DNA of 64,000 nucleotides from Alphaproteobacteria bacterium. GTDB taxonomy: Bacteria > Pseudomonadota > Alphaproteobacteria > RF32 > CAG-239. Where the stretch lies: NCBI GenBank assembly GCA_016283295.1, contig JAEEMQ010000009.1, positions 32,713-96,712 of the forward strand, in the 5' to 3' direction. Positions within the stretch are counted from its first letter, which is position 1, and each line of letters opens with the position of its first letter. Under the pieces are notes generated by a model. It worked only from the letters and a program-made list of their open reading frames with translations. It was not told the DNA's origin and made no database searches. Below, in pieces: positions 18,401 through 30,400 of this stretch. Position numbers and translations under genes: made by a program.

Positions 18401-21400
18401 TACAACTTATTCGGGTATGCTGACTAACCGTGAGGATTTGGCGACTCTGCGTAGTGAGGTGGGCTATCGGAATCGTATCGATACGGCCAACAAAAACCTG
18501 ACCTACGGTAGTGCGTCATCTCCGGCGACCATTGTGGATGCACTTAATAATATGTCTTATACGGTGGGCCTGATTCACAATTTGGCTAACAGCGACGGTA
18601 CGGTTAACTCTACCGACACGGATTCCACGGTCGGTACTCGCACCAATTTGAACTATCTTTCCAAGACGGTTTCCGGGCAGTTGGTAGCTTTGGATAATGC
18701 CATAGATAAAGCCAAAACTCGTATCGGCAACACCGAAACGGCAATCGGCACCGTTACCAATTTGAGTACCGGTTATTACGTTTACGGTGCCGGCGATTTA
18801 ACCACGGCCGTACTGACTTTGGACGGACAAATCAGAACCAATGCCAACCGTATCGGTAACCTGAACAGCTTGACGGGAAGCGCCGCCGGTAAGAGCAACC
18901 TGGTGGCGGCAGTCAATGCGGTTGACAGCGCCTTAACCAAAGAAGTAAATCGCGCCAAAGGTGTGGAAACTACCCTGAATACGGCGATTGAAGATGAAGT
19001 CTCGCGGGCAACTACTGAAGAAGGTAAGTTGCGCACGGCTATTAATAATGAAGTAACGCGCGCCAAAAAGGTTGAAGGTAACTTAAACAATTTGCAGGTA
19101 ACAATTCCGGACGGTTTGGATGTTAACCTGGTTAATGCTATTAACTCCCTGAAGGGCACGGTTGACGATTTGGATGTACAAATCCAGAATACCGGTACCG
19201 ATATCGGTAGTTTGACCGATTTGAAACATAATGCCATCAGCGATAAGACTAAAGTAACCAAGGCCATCAATTCGCTGGCGGTTAATGTGGCCAACGGTAT
19301 GGGCGGTTCGTTTAATACCAGCGGTACGTGGTCGGGAACGGCATCGACGTATTTGGGCAATAAGACCGTCTATAATCTGTTGGGTGCAGTACAGCATGTC
19401 AGCGATGCCATCGGTACGGTGGAAGATTTCGGAGCAACTCCGGCCAACGGTTTGAGCGTGAGCAACACGGTTAATAAGAACCTGACGGCATTAAGCAGCT
19501 CCCTGACAAATGAAATCAGACGCGCCACCCGTGAAGAAACAACGTTGCATAATGATATTGCGGCCGAAACCACACGAGCAACCGAGGCCGAAGAACAACT
19601 CGATGCCAAGATTGACAGCGAGGTTACCCGGGCCAGAGGTGTTGAGGGCGTGTTGGCCAATTTGCACGGTCATGCAACCGGTTCGAGCAATTTGGTGGCG
19701 GCAATCAATGCGGTGGATCAGGCAACTTATGATGAAAATACGCGTGCACTTGATGCCGAAGCTACTTTGAGAACATCCATCACCGCCGAGACGGCGCGTG
19801 CCAGAACGGCCGAAGAAACGAATGCGGCGAATATTGCCAACGAAGTTACTCGTGCAACGCAGGTTGAAAATACTTTAACCACCAATTTGAATACATTGAC
19901 CTCGACCGTCGGCAATTTGGGCAACATAACGTCCAACGCCGTCAGCAGCAGATCATCGGTTACCAACGCGATTAACTCTCTTGCCAACAATGTATCGACC
20001 GGTATGGGCGGTTCGTTTAACGGTGACGGCGTATGGTCGGGCAGTGTTCAGACTTATAAAGATACGAATCCGGTTACGGTTTATCGTATTACCGATGCGA
20101 TTGATCATATCAGTAATACCATCGGCTCGGTGGCTGATTTGGGATATACCGGCACTTCCACTCCGAAGAACGGTTTGAGCAAGAGCAATACGGTTAATGC
20201 CAACCTGGCCGCACTTAATAAGGCTATGGGCGATGTCAGCATTTTCAAATCCAACACTTATAATAATCAGGCGAAAAATGCGACCGACGTGGTTGATGCA
20301 ATTACCAAGATTGACAACTATGTCAGCACCATCGGCGGCGGTATCGGCGATTTGGGCGCTTTGACTCACCCGGCAATTACCGTCAGCCAACGGTCAAAAA
20401 TTACGTCCGCGGTTAACTCGCTGGCTACCAACGTGGCGAACGGTATGGGCGGTACGTTTACGGAAGGTCCGGGCACTTGGTCGGATTCCATCCAAACATA
20501 TAAAAATACCTCGCCGGTTCAAGTCAGCAGCATAATGGATGCGGTGAAGTATGTTGCCGGTGCTAATGTTATCGGTACGGCGGCCGAACTCGGTGCCGAA
20601 GTTAACGGCATAAGCAAAAACAATACGATTAACGCCAATATCGGCGCGGTTAACAGCAAACTCGGCAATGTCGGTATATTTATTGCCGACAACTACACCG
20701 GTGCGGCGAAAAATGCCGGTACCGCCGCTGATGCCATCAGGGCGATTGACCAGGCGTTGACAAACGAAGCCGAACGCGCGGCCGATGCGGAAGCCGATTT
20801 GCAGACGGAAATCAATACGGTTGACGGACGCGTTACGACCGTTAATACCAACGTGACGAATTTAACCAACAAAGTTAATAATATCGGTGCCGGAATGGGC
20901 GGTTCGTTGACAACCGACGGCGTATGGTCGGGCACCATAAAGACTTATAAAGATGCTACGGATGTTCCGGTAAGCAGCTTGCTGGAGGCCATAAGATATG
21001 TGGCCGGAGCCAACGTTATCGGTACGGCAGCAGAACTCGGCAGCGAAGCCAACGGCGTGAGCGCAAGCAATACCATTAATAAGAATATCGGTAATTTGAG
21101 CAGTGCGCTGACCGGTGAAATCAGCCGGGCAACCACCAGAGAAACGCAAATCAATACGGCTCTGGAACAGGAAGTTACGCGTGCTACCGAAAAAGAAACG
21201 GAATTGACCGGCTCCATCAATACGGTTAAGAACAACGTAACCACGCTTACCAACAACGTGAACACTATCTCGACCAGAGTTAACAAAATCAGTACCGGTA
21301 TGGGCGGTTCGTTTGATGCCAACGGCGATTGGTCGGGTACGGTACAAACTTATAAAGACAGTGCGGCCGTTCCGGTCAGCACGGTTATGGGTGCGGTTGA

Positions 21401-24400
21401 CCACGTTATCGGCGTTATCGGTACGGCCACCGAACTCGGTACGGCCAACGGCGTGAGTGCCGACAACACGATCAATGCCAACATCGGTGCTTTGAGCAGC
21501 GCGTTGACGAATGAAATCGATCGTGCCACCGGTAAGGAAACCGAGCTGAAAAACTCCATTACCACGGTCAGCGGTCGGGTAACGACTTTGAGCACCACCG
21601 TTGAAAATATGAGTACCAAAGTTAACAACATCGGTACCAGCTTGGGTGGTGATTTGACCTCCGACGGCGTATGGTCGGGCAGTATGAAAACATACAGAGA
21701 TTCCGGTATGGTTGAATATGACAACATATTCGATACCGTGAAGAAACTCAACACCAACATCGGCACGGCGGCAGAACTCGGTACGGCCAACGGCGTAAGC
21801 GCAAGCAATACGGTAAATAAGAATATCGGTGCATTGAGCAGTGCGTTGACAACGGCCGTAAATGAATCGGTTACCAGAGATGAAACGTTGCAGACCAATA
21901 TCACCAATGTTGATAATTCGGTTACCACTCTCGGCAATACGGTTAATAATTTGAGCACAACCGTTGATGCTTTGGATACTTCGGTTACGAATATGGGTAA
22001 CACCGTTAATACTCTGAACACCAATGTAACCAACTTGGGCAACTGGGTAGGTGCCGGACCGTTTACGCATAATGCCATCAGCGATAAGAGCAATATTACG
22101 GGTGCGGTTGATTCTTTGGCTGCCAATGTGGAAAGAGGTATGGGTGGTTCGTTTGATGCCACCGGTACGTGGAAAGCAACGATTTTGGATAACAGTTCGA
22201 TAAGCTACGGCCAAATCAACGGTGCAACCGCAATTACCGGCGTGTTGTCGCAAGTTGTGAGCAACATCGGTACCAGAGCCGACTTGGGCTATGGTGTTGA
22301 TCCGGTAACATCGGAACCGACTACTCCGAAGAACGGTTTGAGCGACAGCAACTCGGTTAATGCCAACTTGGCGGCTTTGAACAGCGCTGTCGGTAATGTC
22401 GGCAGATTCTCGGAAGAAAGCTATCGTGATACGGTGGTTAAAGGTTCTACCAGCGTGGTAGCGGCAATCGAGAGCCTCGACTCTTATGTGAAAGATATTG
22501 TAGTTGCGGGTATCAGCGGCGATATTGACCAGTTTGTTACGGAATTGCATCAGGAAATCAATCGTTCTACTAACGTAGATAACAACATGCAGATTCAAAT
22601 CAACGGTTTGGGTGCAAGAATCGGCGAATGGCCGTCTCCTCGTAACAATGCGATTACCGACGTAACCTCCGTGACCAATGCGATTGAATCGCTGGCCGAT
22701 AATATTGAAACGGCGACCGGCGGTACCTTCCAGGAAGGCGGTTCGTGGAAAGGTTCGGTTACGGCTTATAAAGTTGCACAGGAATCTGATGCGGCGGCTC
22801 CGAAGGACTTTACCACCATTATGGGCGCAATCAATTATGTATCCGATGTTATCGGCGATGCCGAAGATTTGGGTTACGGTACCGATCCGCAGACGTTAGA
22901 GCCGATTACTCCGGCCAACAATGTGAGCAAGACAAAGACGGTTAACGAGAATATTGCCGCTTTGAATGCCGCGTTGGTGAGTGTACAAGACGGTTATGCC
23001 ACCAAGGCGGAAGTTCACGGTGTTGACGGCACAACCGGCGATATCGTAAATCTCGGCGAATTGGCGGATAAGACCAATATCGGTACGGCAACCACCGGCA
23101 TTAAGATTGATACGACCGATGCCGGTAAGAAGGTTGAAGTTGTTGCCGATACGATTAAACTCGGCGACAAGATAACGGTTAATAATACCAACGGCATGAC
23201 CACGTTCAGCAACGGCGGCGAATCGGTTAAGATTCAGAACGGCACGATTGAAACATCGAGCACCGTAAAGACGGCCGGTTTGATTTTGACCGACAACACG
23301 TCAACTCCGGTATCTAAGGTTGACAGCGGTGCGGCTCCGGTTACGAGCGGTGCGGCCGATATCATGGCTACCACGGCAACCGTTTATGCCACGGTCGGTA
23401 ATGCGGCCGCTTTGGACAGCGGTAACTTTGCCGGCAGCGGAGATACGGTTGCGGATAAACTGGCCGCGTTGAATACGAAGGTCGGCAACGTTTCCAATAT
23501 CAATGTTGAACTGGATCAAGGTGTTACCAAGAACGTAGTGAACGCCATCAACAAGATTAACAGTTTGACTACGGCGGCCGGTACGGATATCACTCATATC
23601 AAGGCGGCTTTGGGCAATACGTTTGATGCCACCACCGGAGTATGGGGCGATACGCTGCAGACTTATAAAGATACCAACCCGGTTGAATTTACCGATGTTA
23701 TGTCGGCAATTAAACATGTTGCCGGTGCCAATGTTATCGGTACGGCAGCCGAACTCGGCTCAGCCAACGGCGTAAGCGCAAGCAAGACGATTAATGCCAA
23801 TATCGGTGCTTTGAGCGGCGCGTTGACCACCGTAAAACAGGATTTGACCGATAAATACGCGCTCAAGACCGAAGTTCACGGCGATAACAATACCAGTACG
23901 GTTGATACGGTCAGCATCGGTAATCAGGCTGATAAGACCGAAATCGGTACGGCTACGACAGGTATTAAATTAGATGATACCACCTCGGGCAAGAAGATTG
24001 AATTGACCGCCAATACAATTAAACTCGGCGACCAAATTACGATTACCGAGAGCGACGATACGACGGCAATCAGCGGTAACGTAACCGTCGGCGGCAAGAC
24101 GACTTTGAGCAGCGATGCAACCACCGGCGGCTTGAGCTTCGGTAACGAAACGACGGTAGCTACCAGCATTGTTAATACCATCGGCGAAGGTTCGGCCAAC
24201 GCTTTGGCAACCTCACAGGCGGTTAAGAACTATGTCGGTACCGGTGATTTGACCTTGAAACTCAACGGTAGTACCGCGGGCACGTTTAATGCCAATGCCA
24301 GTACGGGTACGGAAATCGACCTCGGTTATCTAGTAACGCAAGCGGCGGCAACACCGGCAGCCGAAATCAAGACCAACGGTAATACCACCATTATCGAGGC

Positions 24401-27400
24401 CAGCGCCGATGTCGGTTCTAACCTGACGAAGATGGCAAACGTGGTTAAGAACAATGCCGATACGATTGCCAATGCGGTTACCACGGTTGAACAAATTAAT
24501 CTGGTTACCGACAACGTATATGTCAATGACGGTAATTTGATTACGAGCGGTGCGGTACGTAACTATGTTGAGGGTATCGATGACACCGTTGTTCATAAGG
24601 CCGGTCCGGAAGATATTACCGGTACCAAGACCTTCAAAGCGGCGCAAAACTTTGAAAAGACCAGCGGTGCCAACACCTATACGACGATTATCGACGGCAA
24701 GACGCTGACGATGAAGAACGGCTCCAATACGAAGATTACGTTGGATGCTCAATCCGGTAATGCCAATATCGGCGGTACTTTGGATGTGGCCGGTTTGGCT
24801 ACTTTGAGCGGCGGCGCGGCGATTGCCAACGGTCAATCGTTGACGGTCGGCAACGGTGCCGGCGGCAGTACTCCGGCAACGTTTAATTTGAACGGTACGC
24901 AAGCTGTTTCGCAGATTGTCAATGAAGTTACATCCACCGACGAGGATGAGCTGAAATCGCAGTTGGTAACGGCGAAAGCGGTTAAGAATGTGGTTGACAG
25001 TATTGCGGTGGCGGACGGCGACAAAGTTATCGTTTCCAACAACCAAAAGAAGATGGTATCTTCGAATATTTCGACCACCGAACTCAATCAGTTGAGCGGT
25101 ATCAATACCGATAAGACCATTCAGGCTCAGTTGAACGATAAGATGGACACCGCCGATTGGACCACAACAATAAGCGATGTTAAGTACATCCGCGGCGACA
25201 AGATTGCGGCCAAGTCGATTGACAGTACGCAACTCAACGATGATGCCGTAACCACGGATAAGATTCTCAACGAGAATGTGACGAAAGCTAAATTGGAACA
25301 TGACGTACAGACTTCTTTGGATAAGGCGGATACCGCTTTGCAGAACGTGAAGATAAACGGTACGGCTTTGACCAAGACCGATAACGCGGTGAATATTGCC
25401 GTGGTTATGGATGCCGACGATATTGAAGTACCGGCTACTCCGAGCGGATATGCCAACGACGGCAAGCTGATTTCCAGCGGTGCGGTACGTGAATATGTTA
25501 CCGGTGCGGTTTCTAACAAGGTGAGCAAGACCGGCGATACCATGACCGGTGCGCTGACCATCAATAACGGTGCGGCTACCGACGTCAGCTTGACGACATC
25601 CGGCTATATTGCGGCAACCGGCGGCGTTAAATTCGACTCCGAAGAACGCATTATGAAGGGAACCTATACCGGCGACTTGAATTTGGGTACGGAAGGCGAC
25701 GGCGGCAACGATTATACGTTGGTTACCACCAAAGCTTTGGCTTCTACGCTTTATAATGAGGCTCAAAACGGTAAATATCGCTTCGGTACGGCTGACAATC
25801 AGTATATCAACAGTGATACCGATACAACCATCGGTGCGGCAATTACCCGTTTGAACCAAGGTTTGTACACGGTTAATAACAGCGCTCTTACCTCGGTTAT
25901 GGTTAACGGTGAAGCGTTGCAACCTACCAATAACGCGGTTGATATTGTAATCACGGAAAGTGAAGCCAGCGGTAAAATCAGCGTTAACGGGCATGATGTG
26001 GCGATTACGAACGTAGTTACCAAGAACGAGGCTCAGGATATTACCGCAACCAAGACCTTTAAGGCTCTGCAGAAGTTTACCAAGACCGAACAGCAAATAG
26101 TTGAGGAACAGCCGGTTACGGTTACTTATGAAACCGATATTGACGGCAAGACACTCACAATCGGTAAGGTCGGCGATGCGGCGATTACGCTCAACGGCGC
26201 TGACGGTTCGTCGGTATTTGACGGACAGATGCAGGTTGGCGGCGGTATCACCACCACCACACTCGATACTTCGGGTGCCATCAATTCCGGCGGTTTGATT
26301 ACGGCAAGTGCCGGCGTTAATACCACAACGTTGACGGCTTCCGGTCTGGTTACGGCCAACAAGGGTATAACCGTTAAGGACGGCGAGAAGTTAATCTTCA
26401 ACAATGCGGAATTGACTAAGGTATTGACCGGTACGGCGACTTTGACCGACGATGATGATACCATTGCCAGCAGCCGTGTTATCAAGAACGCGATTACCAC
26501 AGCCACCGATGATATGGCCAAGAAGACTTGGGTACTCGGAGATACCGGTTCGCAGTTGGCCAACTTTACGGCAAGCGGTACGTCCTCCAGCAATATTTTG
26601 GCTGACGGCGTAAGCAGAAAACTCGGCGATGCCGTTAACTACTTAGGCCAACAAACTCTTAAGATTAAAAATAAGTTCGGTACGGATGCGGAACTGGGAT
26701 ATGACCCGGATGATGCTACCGTAATTCCGGCCAACAACATCCGTAAAGAAAATACGGTTAATGCCAATATTGCGGCTTTGAACACGACCATCGGCGACCT
26801 CGATGATTTGGAGGTTACTTTGGACAGCGGCGTAGAAAAGAACGTGGTTAATGCCATCAACAAAGTTAACTACGATTTGCAGAATGCGTCGGGATATATG
26901 ACGGGTTATGTAACCAAGCCGGAAGTTCACGGTGTTGAGGGCGAAACCGGACATAACGTTGTTCTCGGCGAGTTTGCGGATACCACAACCATCGGTACGG
27001 ATACGATTGGTATCAAGATTGATACGACCGATGCCGGTAAGAAAGTTGAAGTTAAGGGTGATACGATTAAGCTCGGCGAAAAAGTGGCGATTAATAACAA
27101 CGGTCAGGCCACGTTCGGCACCGGCAGTAATACCGTTAATATTCAGAACGGTGCGATTACGGCTACGGGCAATACAACGACCGGCGGTTTGATTATCAAG
27201 AACGGTGCGGATGCGACGGCGTATACTTCGCAGACGATTACACGAATTGATGCCGACGGCACGAATCCGTTGACCGAAGGTTCGGCCACCACTTTGGCAA
27301 CCACGCAGACGGTAGCCAGAACGGTAGGTAACGTAGCCAGCCTGAATACCGGAAACTTCCAGGGTACGGGCGGTACGGTAGCCGATAAACTCAGCAAATT

Positions 27401-30400
27401 GGATGATGTAATCGGTGCGTTCAGCGCTTTGGGCAGCGACTCCTCCAAGGGTATCAGTTCCAGAAACAAGCTGACAAACGCCATCGCTTCGTTGGCAGAC
27501 AATGTTGCCGGCGGTATGGGCGGCACGTTTAATGCCGGAACCGGTGCTTGGTCGGGTCAGATTCAGACTTATAAAGACCCGAGTGCGGTTACGATTAACA
27601 GCCTTATGGAAGGAATAAACCATGTTGTTGACGTTATCGGTACGGCTGCGGATTTGGGTTATACCACCAATCCGGATGATCCGACAACGCCGATTGCACC
27701 GAAGAACGGTTTGCTCAAGAGCAATACGGTTAATGCCAACCTGGCCGCTTTGAATACGGTTATCGGCGACAGAAGCATCTTTAACGCAACGTCCGGATAT
27801 ACCGGAAATGCCCAGAATGCGGCCGATGTGGTACACGCGATTGCGGCAGTTGACAATGCGGTTGTTCAAGAAGTTATACGGGCACAAGCGGTTGAAGGAA
27901 ACCTCGACAATCTTGATCCGGATTTGAACCTGACCGGCGCAGACAAGAACCTTGTCAATGCCATCAATAAAGTTAACGAAACGGTTAAGGCGATTGACGG
28001 AGATTACGTAACACAAGCCGAAATTCACGGCGGTACCGGTCATGAGAATATCGTATTCGGTGATGCGGCCAATACCACTACCATCGGTACGGCAACTACC
28101 GGAATTAAGGTTGATACGACCAACGCCGGCAAGAAGGTTGAAGTTAAGGCTGATACGATTAAACTCGGCGACACGGTAACTGTCAATAATTCGACCGGTT
28201 TGACCACCTTCGGCAGCGGTGACGACATCGTGAAGATTCAAAACGGTGCGGTTGAGGCCGCCGGCAATGTAAAGACGGCCGGTTTGGTTTTGACCAACAA
28301 TACGACCCCGGTTTCCAAAGTTGATGCGGGTACGGCACCGGTAACCAGCGGTGCGGCTGATACTATGGCGACCACGGCTACGGTTTATGCTACGGTCGGC
28401 AATGTGGCCGGGTTAACCACCGGTAACTTTACCGGCAGCGGCAATACTGTCGAGGCTAAGTTGAGTGCTTTGGATACTGCAGTCGGCGATGTGTCCGGAT
28501 TAACCACCGGTAACTTTACCGGCAGCGGCGACCATGTTGTGGATAAGCTGACCGCTTTGGACAGCGCCATCGGCGATAAGAGCGCTCTCGGCAGCGATGC
28601 TTCCAACGGTATCAAAAATAAGAGTGACGTAACGCATGCCATTGCTTCGTTGGCGGAAAATGTCGGCGGCGGTATGGGCGGCGAATTTAATGCCACCACC
28701 GGTAAATGGGGCGGCAGCGTCCAGACTTATAAAGATACTTCTCCGGTTGCCGTTACCACCATTATGGGCGCGGTAGACCACGTTGTTGACGTTATCGGCA
28801 CGGCTACGGATTTGGGTTATGACAATACCGACCCGAGCAATCCGATTACGCCGAAGAACGGTGTGGATAAGAGCAAGACGGTTAACGCCAATATTGCGGC
28901 AGTAAATGCGGCCGTCGGCGATGTCAGCACGTTGGCCGGCACTTGGGCTCCGAGTGAAACCAAAAATGTGGTTAATGCCATTAACAAAATCAACAATTCG
29001 GTCAATACGGCCAACGAAAATATTGATGATGTTAAAGACAGCTTCGGCGGTAACGGATTTGACTCCGAAGGCAACTGGTCGGCCAGTGCATCGACATACA
29101 GAAGCACGATTACGGTCAACAAGATGATGGATGCGGTAAATCATATCAGCAATACCATCGGCAGCGTAGCTGATTTGGGATATGACAATTCCGATCCGCT
29201 CAATCCGGTTGAACCGAAGAACGGCTTGCTCAAGACCAATACGGTTAACCAGAACCTGGCTGCTTTGAATGCGGCTATCGGCGATACCAGCGCTTTGGCC
29301 GGCACTTGGGAAACGAGTGAAACCAAGAATGTGGTTAATGCCATCAATAAGGTTAACGGTTTGGTTAACACGGCAAATACGCAAATTTCCAACATCAAAG
29401 ACAGCTTCGGCGGAGACTTTGATGCCACTACCGGCGAATGGAAGGCGACGATTTCCACTTATTATAAGACGGATAACAATATCCATACGGTTGTTGATGC
29501 CGTTAAAGTGGTTAGTGACACCATCGGTAAGGCCAGCCAGCTGACAACCGGTACGCAAACCACTTTGTCGGCCAGCAATACGGTTAACGAGAACCTGCGT
29601 GCCTTAAACAACGCGTTGGATGCGGCTAAGCAATCGTTCTCGACCGATTATGTTACTAAGCCGGAAATTCACGGCGATAACGATCCTAGCACCACTGATA
29701 CGGTTACAATCGGCGATCAGGCGGCTAAGACGGTCATCGGTACGGCCAATACCGGCGTGATAGTTGATACAACTGACAGCGGTAGCGGTACTCGCGTTGA
29801 TATTACCGGTGACAGAGTAAATATCGGTACAACCGTTGAAGTCAATGACCAGACCGGTAATGTTACCTTCAGAGGTAATACCGGCAGCGTTGAAATCAAC
29901 AACGGTAATGTTTCGGCAACGGGTGTTACCATCGGCGGCAATACCGTTGACAGCATTGATACCGGTACGGCGATTACTTCGGCTAACGCAAGCTCCTCTA
30001 CGCTTGCCACAACGGCTACGGTAGCGGCAACCGTTTCGTCGGTTATGGGTGGTGAAATAGACCCGACCACCGGCAAATGGTCCGCCCGTGTATCGACCTA
30101 TCTCTCGACGATTGAGGCGGAGAGCTTCCTCCAGGCCGTCAACCACGTGAGCAACACCATCGGTACGGCGGCAGACCTCGGTACGGCCATGAACGGTGTG
30201 GACAGAACCAATACGGTTAATACCAATATTGCCGCGGTTAACAGCACTATCGGCGATTTGAAGGGATTGGCCAAAGATTTGAAGAATCTGACCAACGGCA
30301 AAGATGGCGAATACTATAATCCGCAAAGTGTGGTTGAGGTGTTGAACAACATCGACAGCACCATGGGCAGAATTCACGGTTTGGCCAATACCGACGGTAC

